This document shows positions 37,759 to 51,442 of a stretch of DNA of 64,000 nucleotides, piece after piece (positions within the stretch are counted from its first letter, which is position 1; the number at the start of each line of letters is the position of its first letter). Location: positions 207,216 to 271,215 of the forward strand of contig FLMG01000350.1 of NCBI GenBank assembly GCA_900088475.1, given 5' to 3'. This stretch comes from Hyphochytrium catenoides. Lineage: Eukaryota > Protista > Hyphochytriomycota. The notes below the pieces were generated by a model. That model saw nothing but the letters and a program-made list of their open reading frames with translations, was not told where the DNA came from and ran no database searches. A program made the position numbers and the translations under genes.

Positions 37759-40045
37759 CAGCTAAGGCCGAAGACTCCTAATAATGCCGTTATGGGCTAA
37801 TGGTAAGGTGGTTGACAACTAACCTGTCCGCATATGAATAGCACTTCAAACACAGTCAGCGATTGCCTTCAGACACAGGCTAACGATCATCCAACTTCCC
37901 TCCTCCTTGTCATCAGAATCTCTCTGTCATCCACGCAGTCTTCATCCCTGCTGCTGTTGGTATTTGCCGATGAAGATGGCGGAGTTGAAGCTTGGGATCT
38001 TCTACAGACAAGTCAACGCTTCAAGCTTTCCCCGCTCGTACACGTACAACGTTCAGGGGCTTGGCTGCGATAGTGAGTGTGGTACCGATGTGTGTTTGTT
38101 CAGAGCTGGCTTAACCGCCGCTAATTTATTCATCAAACACAGTATGATGGGCTTATGAAGTGGTGCGTTAGCAGACAAGACAGTTCGTGAGCGTACGGTC
38201 ACTCTGGACGCAGATTAGGCAATAGCCGGTAACGGTTATATATGGGCAATTCCCAGTCCTAGTGGTTCTGGCTGTACGCCGTGTACTGGGAGTTCCTGAT
38301 AGGGAGACAATCATCTCGTCCAAAAGCAGGCAAAAGACTGACAAACGCTTGTCAACAGAAGAGGCAAGCCTTTCCACATTCTTCTACTCCTAGGGGCCTT
38401 GTTATCGTACTGCTCATGGACGGGAAAGTAGTAGTAAAAACGTGTGAGTCCTTCGTACCTTTCCTAAGGCTTGTACAGTACTCGGAGCTGTGTATAATAA
38501 TCTCATGCCCAAAATACTCAACACCATCGAGCAGCGTCTAATCCTTGACCAAATCTACCTCGAGTTCTTGGAGGAGAAAGGACCACCCACCTCTTCTCTC
38601 CAGCAACAATGAAGTGGACGTGTACACTGAGAGATAGCAGCACTGGCATAGGAGCATTTGACCTCCTCCCGAACTGCTGCTGTCTCCCAGCGAGGAAGCA
38701 CAGCACTTGTATGTCCTGTTGTTCTTCCCAAACCCTCCTCCTTCTCTTTCCATTCCTGGCCCAATACGTACAGGTAGAAGACAGGGTCATCTCAGGGTTG
38801 TGGTGGGCAAAACAAAGCCCATGGTCTCATCAAGACTTCTGCTTCTGAAAGAGGGGGAGCTGCCTGGTTGGTGGGAGGAGAAATAACGGCCAAAGATCAT
38901 CCCCTTCTTCCTTCTCCTGTCTCGTTCTTTGCTTCTTACGAGTACCAAAGAATCTCATCACCACCAGCACCCCATCTCCGTCCGTTACTTGTACAGCCAT
39001 CATCAGCCCTTCCCCTGTACTGTAGACTTCCTAGCGTGCTGGGTACCCTTGCTGTGTACGAGTAGCTATAATAGCACAGGAAGTCTTCTTCCTTCGTTGT
39101 CACCAGTCTCACAATCATCGATGCTGGTTCCTTTCCTGTCTCTTCCACTGTGGGTTTAGTGATTTCCAACATCGTAACGCGTGCGCACGTCAGCCCCCCT
39201 TAGCAGCACAGAAATGAGAAGGTACCATTGTAGCATCATGTCGCTAGCCGCTCGACAGCGGCAGTGCGAGTCTTGCTGCTTGCAGTCTATCTCTCGGGTG
39301 GCAAGAGACAGAAGAACCAAAGTGATAGGCAGAAAGCCACCAGCATGGTCAGCGGTTACTTGTTTTACCTCGTCTTACGTTCATAGGAGCATTTCTAGAC
39401 ATCAATGCGCAACCGTTCACCGGCTTCCACTCAGCGAGGCATCCACTCGGCGAACAAATTACTGCCAGATTATTTCCCTTGAGTCTCTTCATCTGACTGA
39501 GCAAGAGGTGCAAGAGTAAGGAGCAGGGAGACAAGGACGACTGAAGTCGAGGACGAGAATCTAGCCATCATCTTCTGTGGGCCTACCCAATGGCACAAGA
39601 GACCAACAGGCTCACTCTTATAAAGGTTACGTGCTGAACAGACTTATAAAAAGTTGTGGCCAAACGCTACGTGGTGGCTGCACAATGATAGGAGATCTGC
39701 AGGACCGCGCCGGGGCCGCCCCTTGTAGATGTAGCTTGGTGGCGGGAACTATTCAGAAGGCTGGGAAGATCCTAATGATTGGAGTTATTCTCAGCGCTAG
39801 CATTGCATCAGTCATCTACGGAGTATGTCATCTGGAGCTCTCTCTCACATATTATACCTTCAGAGATTTGACCAAAGGATGTCAATCCCTTTCAGCTATC
39901 ATTCAAGCTTCCAACCTCGATGCGTTTCTTTGTTTTACAAATACTCTTTCTTATCCAATACACCTTTCTTATATCTGATGTTCCACATCCTTCGTTATGG
40001 GTTTACTACTCTGGTCCTACGACTTCGTCACTCCTGTCCCTCAGT

Positions 40046-42672
40046 ATGGTTCTGATTGCGGTTTCTTCATTCACCCCCGCCGCCTGCGCTACTTGTAGGT
40101 CTACAGCAATGTTCCGGGCCCGGTCTACATTACCAACACACTTCTTCCTCTCTGGTTCACCACCTTTTTGATCTACTTCGCCAGTCTCTTCTTCTACCTT
40201 CAAGGAAAGCCTAGTGAAGACGTGCGACAGTATTTCGCCCTTCAAGCCTTTTTCTACGGGGCATCGTGGGTCCTTTCATTCTTCTGCTTCCTCTGCTTCT
40301 GCATTGGCGGCAGAGGAGACCCTGTCCCCTGGACTTTGTTACTGGTGATAGTCAACAGCTTCAACCTCTGCACACTATACCTCAGAAGAGAGCAGACGGG
40401 AGCAACCTTGGATGACGCAGGAAAAGGAGATCCAGAAGCAGCAAAGCAGAAGCACCAGTTGGTGGATGCCGATGATGCCGGACAACCCAAGACAGCATTG
40501 ACCCCTTTCACAAAGCTGAAACAGGAAAGGCCAGGACTCTACAGAGCCTTGACAGGATTCAATGTTCTGGTTCAAGGAGGTGTCCTCGTCTTCTTGGTCC
40601 TCCTAGCCTGGGGAGCTTATTACTTCGCGTACCAAGTTGTGCAGTTCCAGCCTAGGTAAGCTCACTGTTATTACCTCCTCTAGAACCTCCATCCTCTGCG
40701 ACTGAAGCGCTGTTGCAACTCTCCATCTGACGTGACGGAAAATGGTTACTTGCTGACTTGCCGCCTTTTCTGCATGTATGTTCTTCTTCGAATGCTATCA
40801 ACAGGGGTGAGTTCTTGACCATCACGTTAGCCAATGGCAAAGATCAGAGGATCTACTACAGCTGCACTGGGCCCAAGAGCGAAAACGTTCCTACGTATTG
40901 GTAAGAGAAGACAGTAGATCTGACTGCGTCTTGTTTCGACCAGTGTTCCTTTGCCTGTGGTTACCTTCTTCGTGCTTACCCTATTCTGCTTCATGGATTT
41001 AATGCTGTAGCTGCTTTCCTATGTCTGCCACTAGTCGCTCGAGCTACGTCCTCCTCCTCCGTGTGCCCTCTCTTCTCTCGCCTCGACATATCCACGCGTG
41101 GTGTTATAAACAGCGGCAGACTGTACGTCCGTTAACAATTGTATTATGCTCTAAGATCTTCGATTTTGCTGCTGGAAGAAGCCTCTACCTCGCTCTCTGT
41201 CGCCACGATGATTGTCTAACACTTATTCTACATAATGCACTTCGCCCTTGGCTATAGGATGAATGCGGATGGTACTCATGGTAAGCAAGTAGGACGTCTT
41301 TGAGACTTATGGCCGTTCCAGGCCTTGAAGCTATGCAGAGTCGTAAAATTCGTTGCTAAGATGACTCTTTCTTCCTTGCGCATAATCGCGTTGTCAACAA
41401 TAGGTGCTGGAGACTTCCTTGGTCTTCAAGCCGCATTTGAAAGCCGTGGCAAAAGATCCTGCGTCTTCGACAAGCCGAGCCAAGGTTGGAGCGATTATTA
41501 CTATGCTGACCAGGCTGAGACTCTGTTCCAGCCGCGCGATTTCCACGAGGTACTTTCACTGTCGGGAGAAGTTGGTCCAAGCCATAAGGCGGTTTTAGTA
41601 GGTGAGTTCCTCCTTTATCAATCATGAGATATCCGCGTGGTCTTTGTATCTTCGTAGTGCAAAGACTCTGTTGATCCTTCCACTCACCATAATCTATCTG
41701 TCCTCGCTCTTATATCTAGCACCTAGTTCGTAGCTTTGGTCCTTTGATGGGGTGATGCTGCTATCCACAAAATTCTGACACGACGAGCATTTGCTTCTCG
41801 ACCTAATATCTTGTTCAAATGCAAAGGCTGGGGTGGTGGCGGTGAAGAGTGGCTGTCCTACACGAGAGAGCATTCGGAGATGGTGGAGGCTTTAGTTTTC
41901 ATGGCCTATGCACCTCCGGGCATTGAGTTCAGCACAATGCAATACCTTAAGAACTGGTCATATGAGGAGGCTAATAAGTATCGACGCGACAGCCTAGCCC
42001 TTCGACTGGGAATGGCCAATATTATGACGGGTGTGGCTTGCCCTCTGGGACTGATGTCGGTTTTCTATGCCCCTGACCGGAGCACGTACAAGCCATCACA
42101 CTTCTTTGATGAGTACAAGTCATTTTATCTTACTGATAAGATGGTAAGCATCGTTCTAAAGTTACTCCTCTTGAGGTTATTTGACACTACTTATAGAGCT
42201 CGTAGTAGGTCGCTAGTCTACTGCCGCCTGTCGTAGGAAATCTCTGTTGCTGTTGATTGCTGTTTTTACCTATAAAGTTGATTGTCTTATCTTACTCTCG
42301 CCGCAACCACAGTGGCCAATTCAGTACTATTCTATCAAGAATATGATGCAGACCGCCACACTCGAAGAGGAAGAGCAGAAGATTAGCAACACCTCTGGCA
42401 TCCCCCAATCTCTGCCCATTCTTCAGATTGTTAATGACGGTATTCTATCGTTGGAGAACTGTGACACTAGTCGGTATGCGCGTTCCTCTCAGGAGTGCAT
42501 CGACCTGATGATGAGCAATAGGTTTCTCTACGACAGCTATGCGAAGGTCACGAGGCTCAGCCAGAAAGGCAAAATTTTGAGCCTGGACTATCCAAAAGCA
42601 GGGATGTCATTCCACATGCAATACCCTGAGGAGACGGTGGACCTTATCTTAACGTCTCACGCTGGTAGGTGA
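40046..42672 (+). CDS. Membrane-anchored alpha/beta-hydrolase-fold protein, apparently lacking the catalytic Ser and His; multi-exon, start approximate
   Basis: About 4 N-terminal TM helices, then QFQPR/GEFLTI...RIYYSCTGP...RSCVFDKPSQGWSD...VLV/GWGGGG...VEALVFM...AGMSFHMQYPEETVDLIL. This follows the Abhydrolase layout, with GxSxG replaced by GWGGG. Confidence 0.7.
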
Positions 42673-43139
42673 ACGCACGACTTGAGCAAAAGGCAACATC
42701 CTCCGGTGGTGGGTTCCTTCTGTTTACTCGTTAGGAGAAGTAAGAGATAATAAACAATGCTTTATGAGTTCGAGTGTTCGAGACTTACGGTTTATCAAGA
42801 AGGATTTCGTTCCCTCCTGTCTCATGGTACGGGAGATCCACAATCGCAAGGTTTACGTGGCGGATAACTTATAAACTGCGAGAAGGTTCCGTATCAAATC
42901 CAAGACGCTTCAAGGTCATCACTCGGCTGTTGCACGGCAGGCACTCGACCGACAAGACTTTTTTCTAAAGCACCGTCATCCGAGTAAGTACTACTCCTGC
43001 GGTCTACATGACGTTATAAATGAGGACATACGGGTCATGAGATGTCCAGTAGGAAGAGTATCATCGGTGGGCAATGTGGTGGCAGTGTCAGGGAAAACAG
43101 CCTCAGTTTTTTCAGAGACCATCCTTCCTGATGAAAAGT

Positions 43140-44700
43140 GACCTCATCCTGCGGCTGTCCAACATGTAATTAGAAATTACTCGGGGTGCCAAGTTTGCTC
43201 CGGAGAAGACCACCTGGGAGGAAAGGTAGTAGTGGACCTGGTGGTAGAACCAATGACATGCCCTCATTGACACCGTTGACCTCCTCCCCCTCTGCCTTTA
43301 TTAATGGACCATGCCCTAGGCGGCGGTAGGCCAGGATCACATCCTAGGTGGCCTACACTGTGGCGACGACGTGTCAACAACGAAACGTTCTTGCCACGAG
43401 TTACTGCAGCAAGTGACTGCAAGATAGGAGACAAGCACGAGGAGCGCATACTTAATAGCACCAGTCAGGACGGTTATACCCGACTATGGTCGGTGATCAG
43501 CTAATGATTTTTTTCTCCGTTCAATCCTGCTTGCATTCTATCTATATCCTGGTAGCTATTATACCAACCCGTCATCAATCAGGCACGCTCTGCAATCTGC
43601 ACTGGAAAGAGTACCAGAGTAGTTGGTCCCGAGAGAGTATCACACGGAGAACCTCGATCTAATATTGCCCACCTCGAAGAAGAGCAGAGGGCTAAATAAG
43701 AACCGTTATTAATGCAGCACCACCTTGCGACCAGCCAGAGATGAGCTCGACTGACTGCAAACCCACGAACATTGCCTCCAGCTAGTAAGGGGGCACCTTG
43801 AGGCCCGCCACAAACAGACTGAATCGCATTGTGGCTTGAATAATTGAGGTGATGGAGAACATGAAAGTAATGGGAGAGTGGGAGAGTAATTTGAGGACGC
43901 TTGCTATTGTCTCCTTCCTTTTCTTGTTACTTCACTACCGCCTGCATGATGACGCCTTATTAGTTGCCAATTTAATGCTAGTGGACTCCCTGCAAGCGAC
44001 GTGGGCAGTAAGAGGAGCAGATCATTAATGAACACCACTACCATTTCTTCTACTTCTGTTCTGCTAGTAGGGATGACGTAGACGAGGAGTATGGACCTTG
44101 AAATTCTTCTTAACCTCTTAAAGCAACGCAGGAACCTCTTCGGTGCAAGCCTTCTGCGGCTTAATGTGTAGTCTTCTCCCTGAATGGAGTAATAAGGCGT
44201 GGGCAATTACCATCATATGGCTGACAATAATAGTGCGAGAAGACGAACTTAGCTGCTCTGATGCTGGTTTCGAACCCGTTCTCAACCAAGGGCTCGCGAT
44301 TTATTAGGTGAAGATTTCTTGTGGCGTGGAGTTATGTTGTTTCTTAGCGCCTTTTATTATCAATAGTCTAAGAATTCAAGAAGTTGAAGCAGCAGCAGCA
44401 ACAACCGATTACATGAAATGCATCAAAAGCCGGAAATCTTCAGCAGTCAGTCCCACTAGTGGCTCCTATATTAGTACGAGTAGGATCATGATAGCCATGA
44501 GGGTGATCGAGTAGATCATGCATCAGGAGGAGGGCAAGGACAAAGAGATAACTGGAAGTGGGCCTACGATCCAGAAGGGCAAGGGTAGTGCTGTTGACAT
44601 AATATACGCTGCTGCCGCAGCGCTACTCCAAGCAGACAGCGACGAAAGACATCCACTGCGAAGATTTATTCAGTAAAGAGCTATTGACACGAGAGAAAAT
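43140..44700 (-). mobile_element. Highly decayed DIRS/Ngaro-type (tyrosine-recombinase) retrotransposon RT-RNaseH relic
   Basis: Colinear broken motifs on the minus strand: WIVGPLPVI (~44550), LK.SG...FHV (~44430), LAPKRF (~44140), VVFINDLLLL (~44020, YxDD-like), LQSLAAVTRGKNVSLLT...INKGRGG (~43400-43290), WHPR..SN..LD (~43170). Many stops and frameshifts. Confidence 0.45.
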
Positions 44701-46725
44701 GAAGAGGACTCATAGTCCATATACAATGCCGTAAACTTTTTCACAAAGCTTTATTTATGAAAAGAAGCTTTCAGGAGGCCAGCAAAAGCTCCCTCTCTGC
44801 CCCTATTACCAACCTCCTCCACCCACTGATTTGATAGGAGAAGGAGTTGCAGTCAGTCCACCCATCATGTCTTTCACAAACCACTCAGATGACATCATCA
44901 GCCTTCTTGTTGATGTCTCTCCTTTGAGCTCTAAGATCGCAATCTTTATCAGCTGCAGGTCTGGTTCAAACTTCAACAATGTGGGATTGCTTCTCTTCCT
45001 CTTCCAGGCCATGATACGCTGCTGGTTATTATGATGATCCCCTGAGAAGATCAGAGTTGAGAGAGGCAAATAAATGTCTTAGGGGCGTCATCGTGCATCA
45101 TCATGCCCTTTCATCCTTCCAACAGCAGCAAAGAGGCGGGTGATGAGAGAGAGGACGGGTGAGGGAGGAGGAGGAGGAGGGAAATGGCGTGCCTTCCTAG
45201 ACATTTATGAGGACGCGGCAGTGAGTGCCATCTACGCTCCCCTCTGACCATCTCTCCTCAGCTCAGCACCCTCTCACCTTTATTTCAGATCTCCAGGCAC
45301 AATACGGGGGCATATCCCGGATACCACTGAAGCATTGAGCCATATCACTGTACAGTGTAGAGACATAACTGTTGTCATACCCAGCCCAGTCATATTAAGG
45401 ATAATCTTTTCTTTAGTCCTTTAGCACTCGATCGAGAATAAAGGAGGTATATTGCATCATTCCGTGGTGTATATCATGGATAAGCCAAGCGGTCGGAGAG
45501 GCCTCATCAACAGGCTCCTTTTTTTGTGAAAAGGACTCTGCAGGTGGGTGGGCGTTGACGTGTCAAGCTCTGAGAATCAGGTTGGTCCTGTTGATGGGGC
45601 TCCGGCCCATCCACCCACCGACCCCCCTTCCCCTACAGTAGCCTTCTCTCTCACAGTCTCGGGGTGGGTAGGTTTGGTCAGGGACCCAAACTGGATTGCT
45701 CCTGTTATGATAGGATAGGACTGCAAAGAGGTCGGGTGGGAACATTCGGGAGGGTCGGGGAGATGTCCTCCCTCGATATTCCCCTGGTAAGTGACCCTTA
45801 GTAAGGAGAGGAGAGGAGAGAGGCAGACAGAGTGGAAGGGCCAAAGCTATAGTTCTATAGCTCCTCCCTCCTCCTCTCCACTACAGTAATGATACTGTCG
45901 GTCCCTCCACACTCACATCTCCCCCCTTCTACTATCTATGACACGATCTGTCTCGATAGAAGCTACTCTAGTTTGATGATAGGCCTGTTTTACATACATA
46001 CTGACATATCTCCTGAGGCAGTTTGACTAGATTGTTGCATTCTGTCTCTGCCTTTTATCTTCACACTGCCACTCTGTGCTCACTCTGTGGAGGCGGTGTC
46101 TTACCTTTTCCGCCTTTTGGCTCTCTCTCTCCCTCTTTCTCCCTTCCTCCCTCACCTTCTGCATTTGGTTTTGGATATTCTTTCCTCCTCTGCCCTCCAC
46201 CCTCCCTACGCTGGCTTACTGGCTCCTGCGGCCATGTCTGAGACCAGCTTTGAAGGAGCTAGGAAGCGTTATCATCTAAAGGCAGGCAAAGGAAGTCAAT
46301 GTCCCTTCACTTCCCCCACCTTCTTCTCTCTTCCTTCTTTTCTTCTCACGACTCAAGTCCTGTCTGCGCCCAGCTTCACCTTAGTAGTGTGTCAGTACCT
46401 GGGAGGATACTTATTTATGAAGTGTTAGACGAGTGGCGCCTCTCCGTCATGAAGAGGAAATCGGTAGACGGAGGAAGAGGGAGAAGGTGAGAGTGAAAAA
46501 AGCGTGGGAGGAAGATAAGGAGGCGCTCCTGAAACTCATTCCCATTCCACCTTCGTGCTGCAGACGCTCCACTGCCGCTTCTATCATCTGCCCTTGAGCA
46601 GGTCGGGTACTCAGAAGCCCAGTTAGAAGAAGAGTGTTGCCGCGAAAGTCTAAGCAAAGCTACCTAAGAAACCTCATCACAGTAGTTGGTAGAAAGGCTA
46701 GTAATTAAGAAGGTGGAGGGTAGAT

Positions 46726-49072
46726 ATGGTGCAATATAGCCCAGAGCAGCTGCTTAATGCGCTAAAGGCGCTACAGGACATGAAGCGGTGTGACAAGGAC
46801 TATGCTGACATCGCGGGGTACCTGACCTGGATATCGGCTGGCTGGTAAGCCGTTCAGGCCTGTCAAAATGTCCCGACAACTGGCACTCATGAACCTTGTG
46901 TTATCTCTTCCAGCGCGCTGACCTTTACACTGATTCGCCTTACCAATCCCACACTGCGGCAGTTTCCAGACAACCTTATCACAATCTATGGGTAGGAAGG
47001 CGTCGTCAATAATTGCTCGTTTTGTGTGAGGGTCAATGCCCCGGCCTAGTCTGCAAGCTCTAGGAGCCAATCTCTCTCTAACCTTGCCTGCTTTCTGACG
47101 CTTAGCTAACGCTGAATGATGACTGCAGGTTCCAGGCATTTCTTTGGAATGCCAATTACGGTCTGACCTTCTTGACAGAAAAGCGGATCATGACTCCAGA
47201 CTTCAAAGGCCTTTGCGTCCTACAGGGCATGGGCTTTCAATTTGTGGGCATGAGCTGCATCATCTCATGGTTCATAATTCTACTCATTATGTACCAGGTA
47301 TTATGGTTGATACCGAGTACATGCAAGCTTCTTTGTTCGCTAATCCCCACGGTTTCTTGTCGCCGCACAGATTATAGTGCGCCAGCAGAGTATGTCCACC
47401 TTGCGAGATCGGGCCAACTACTATTACTTTGCGAACTGGTCCGTCCCCGTCGTTACCACCGTCGGTCTATGGGCAACCGATAACTTTGGTCCATTGCCAG
47501 CAGCAATGGTTTGCTTCGTTCCGACAGAGAAAATCCTGTTGCGGTACGCACATTGAACTCTCCGTGTCAAACTAGAGCTTCTTAACAAACTCTTTTTTTG
47601 CAGGTTCTGTGTGCTTTACTGCTTTTATCCCATCTGCTTCTTCGGAGCCATCTACTTTGTGGTGCGCATGGTCATGGTTTTGCAGGGCGCCGGTTGGAGC
47701 CGTGCTGCGGACGAGCACTGTAGGCTAGTTTCAAAGACCTATATCATCCAAGTCCTAGGCTTCACGGTGTACCTCTGGTGGTTTATGATTGTTGCCTGGG
47801 TATACGGCTTCAACAGCATGATCTTTGAGTACTGGCCCGAGCATCTTGACTATGTGGCCAACACCTCCTACAATTACTGCTCCGCCACAGCTGTCAGCCT
47901 CGCCGTTATTGGGGTAGGTGTTAGTCGTCACGACTCTTCTCGTCTGAAAGGTCGCTTCATCTTCGTGATAGGTATCCTCCCATGGATACACCTTCTGAGC
48001 CGCACCATTCATAAGTGGTTCTTTCATCCTTCTTCCTGCCCTTTCATATTGTACTGACCCAGCCTGTCTTGCTGCATGTGAAACCTCTCTTTCTAGACCA
48101 TCGTCACGATAGTCTTTGGATTCAACGTGGCATCCTGTAAGTCCGCCACCAGGAAGGCAAGGAAGGCATTCACAACCACTGCATCAAAGTTCTCTACAGG
48201 GGTAAGATGGACGCATATCAGGACGACGGTCCTAGAAGGACTTCCACTTAAGTCTTAGTTACTGACTGTCACCCTTCTTACTGTCCTTGTTCCTTATTAT
48301 CGTCATGGGTAATATAGCAATCGAGACCTGAGGACAAGGACATGGAAGCTGGCGAGTTGGCTACAAAGTATCCAATCACCGCTATTCCAGACGAGGAGAT
48401 CGATGATGAGGATCGGTCGACCCAGGGAGGGCTCAGCACTCCTTCGTCGATGATCCCTAAGAGCCAGAGTCAGTTTGGAGACGATGAGATTGAAGGTGGG
48501 GGATCATACGTCGGTGTCATCTCCCCAGCTCCAGATTCGTCTGGTGCCATCCAGACCCCATCCTCCAACAGGGGTAGTCTAGCGTCGCTGAAGTCAACCG
48601 AAGGTTAGATTACTTGTTTCAGGATTCACGCTTTAGTCAGCAGCCTGACCTCTTTTTTCCTGTTTCTTGTGCTTGATGCTCTGTGTTTTCTACGTTATGA
48701 CCAAATAGTAACAAGAGACAAAGCCCGCCGAAGAGCATCCGCCGCTGATAGACGGGTAAGCTAAATAGTCTATTGTAAGGATCGTGCGTGCGTTTATCTC
48801 ACTGATAGCTGTTCCTTGATCCAGGTCATCATTAGCTACGCTCGAGAGGCCTTAGGAAGGGAAAAGCTCTTCGTTACGCCAGATCGGCTGGACGAGCTTA
48901 TTGACAGCTGTTTGGGTCACAGATCGTCTGTCCTACACCTGACCCCTGTGGAGACTGTCGCGTACAGGGTAAGTGACTACTTGTGTCGCTTTTTTTCCAG
49001 TGATTAGCAAGTCTAATGTCAGTGCTACAGCTTATTCAGGACTCGATAGCGCGATATGAGGCCGGACAGTAA
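46726..49072 (+). CDS. Seven-transmembrane GPCR-like protein (cAMP-receptor/CAR-like), paralog A; 10 exons
   Basis: Spliced product has 7 hydrophobic helices, LRQFPDNLI after TM1, GLCVLQG at the top of TM3, NWSVPVV in TM4, an ECL2 Cys (AMVCFV), and a long S/T/acidic tail ending LIQDSIARYEAGQ*. Confidence 0.75.
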
Positions 49073-49255
49073 GGACTGAACTTCAATCGAAGCGTCCCTG
49101 GCTTCATTATACATACCAGATCTAGGGCTTGCTCATCGTTGAACTGCCCGCAAAAACTATTTCATTTTAGATGTGATATGAGGCCTATTTAGCACTCCTT
49201 GATTCTACTTATGCCAACGGGAGTAGCAGGCTATGCGACAGTCCCCAAAGGTGGT

Positions 49256-51442
49256 CTAGCTCTTAATCACTGGCGACCAGGGATGATCCCCCTGCTTTCC
49301 GTACTGTTTCCATAAATACCGTTAATTTTCAATGAATCACGCCGTTCTGTCAACCCATGGACCGACATACCTGGATCTCATTGATCTCTTTTGCAATGCG
49401 CTTTGTCAAAGGCCCCGCTTGTCCTTCTTTGTCTAACGGGAAATCGTAGTCCTGTTTATCCGGTATATCAGCATTGGTGCTGTCTGTTTCTCATGATGGA
49501 ACCCGTTCACACGAAACATACCTTGCCCTTATAGTGAATAAGCTTGATGGGGCTAACAATAGCAGCAGTCCCCGATCCAAATGCCTCCAGCACCTAGAAA
49601 ATGCCACATTTACCACGAACTCTTTACATTCAGTACAGAGATCTGTGCTTACGCGTCCTTCCTCACAGGCCTTGATGACTTGTGGCATGGTAAAGTCGCG
49701 TTCTGACACCTTAAACTCTCCCCATTCCTTGCAAAGGTCCAAGATGCACTGTCGGGTTACACCAGGTAGAATGTCTCCCTTATCGAGGGGTGCCGTGATG
49801 AGCTCCTTCTCTCCTACGGACACACATATGTTAGCCAATGAAGGTAGACGCCATCGAGCTCGCTAAAGTTTCGCACGTACCCTTATCGTTCTCCCAAAAG
49901 AGGAACATGTTCATGGTGCCAACCTTAACATGTGACAAGTAGATTTGAGACGGTCAGCTGTCTATCACTAAGCACCGGACACAACTAGGCATGCTTACCT
50001 CCGTGACGCGGTGGTCAGAGCCGGCCAGCCATAGCACCTGGGTATATCCCTTGTTATTGGCCTCCATCTGAGGCAAAATGGTAGGGGCATAGTTCCTGTC
50101 GTAGCTTCATTAGGCATCGAAGCCACCCTGATCTGCTTGACTCTTCCCCTCTGGGAGCAAGCTCTTTCCAGCAGAAACTTACCCTCCAATTTTGTAGTTA
50201 CCAGTGCCTCCAGGCCATGCACGAGAGTACTTGGTTTCCGCCCACAGCTTCACAGGCTTGAATCCCTCTGTATCAGCACAATAAGGAAGGGGTAAAGCGT
50301 ACGAAGAGGAGTCCTTAAGGTAATTTTGTGGTCGAGGTTTATACTTTAGCAATCTATAAATACCTGGATAGTATGGTCCCACTGGGCACAATATGACATA
50401 GATCTTCGCTTGTGAGGATGCTCCAACACCAAGGAAAGGCTGATTCCAACGCAGGCGTCATAATCAATGTCATTGTGTCAGCTATGTCTATCTCGCGATA
50501 GCTTACATGTGTGCTGATGCCTGTGGGCCGAATATAGAGCGAGTAACCATCTCCTTTAGGAATCCAGTCCTTGTCAATCTTGAGAAGCTCTCTACGTGGG
50601 AGACGGCTGGTCAGCGACAAGCCCAATAGACTTCAGAATAGCTAGTTCGTCTTACTTGATACAGTCTAGAAGACCTTCTTGGTTAAAGTCCTACAGGTTG
50701 GCGGTTATATAATTGCATTAACGCCCCATGTACGATGAAAACGAAGAGCAATATAGGAACGACAGAGGATCTTCCACAGCTTTATCGAGGGACAGTGGCG
50801 AGCTTACTGGCAGTGACAGCCTCTTCATAGACTCTGACATCCGCTTCATATTCATATCCGGCCGGAACATTCGAATGTCGCCATTGGAGTCAATATATGC
50901 TTTCAGGCCCTCAAAGCACTGTTGATGGATACAGTCAGATTAGAGGCCTTCAGGGATAGAATGGCACTGACAATTGCAGGTGAGTCTTCCGTTGAGTATC
51001 GATCACAAAAGAAACACAAGGAGCTGCACACGGCGCTTCTTCCTACCTCCAGCCCATAATGCAGTGCGGATGCCGCCGGGTCCAACTTCAATGGCTGATA
51101 GGGGATAATTCTTGGGGCCTGCCAGCCCTTGCCCTTATACCAATCTACTTCAAGCATGTGGTCGGTAAAAGTGCTGCCGAAGGTGAGCTTCTCCTTTGCC
51201 ACTTTCTGCTTCGGAGACTTCGTCTTCTCGACAGTAAGCTTCTTAGGGTCAATCTCTCCGGCAGCAACGGCGAACGACCTGAAAGCGCCAGCAAGCAGTC
51301 GAGGCGGAGTATGAGAACAGCTCCATTCGCTACGTAGGTTTAGTTCTCTTCTTCGCCCTAACCCTGAGACGTAGTACCTGACTTGTCCTAACGGATAGCA
51401 TGTCAATTTAGCTCTCTGGAGCCCAAAGACAGATCGAATCAT
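49256..51442 (-). CDS. BCAT: Branched-chain amino acid aminotransferase, probable mitochondrial presequence; many exons
   Basis: [67 protein letters not shown] (PLP lysine), [34 protein letters not shown]. Confidence 0.96.

Noticed and set aside
44260-44290. ggtttcgaaccc resembling a tRNA T-loop/B-box
   Set aside because: No 5-bp T-stem, acceptor stem or cloverleaf on either strand.
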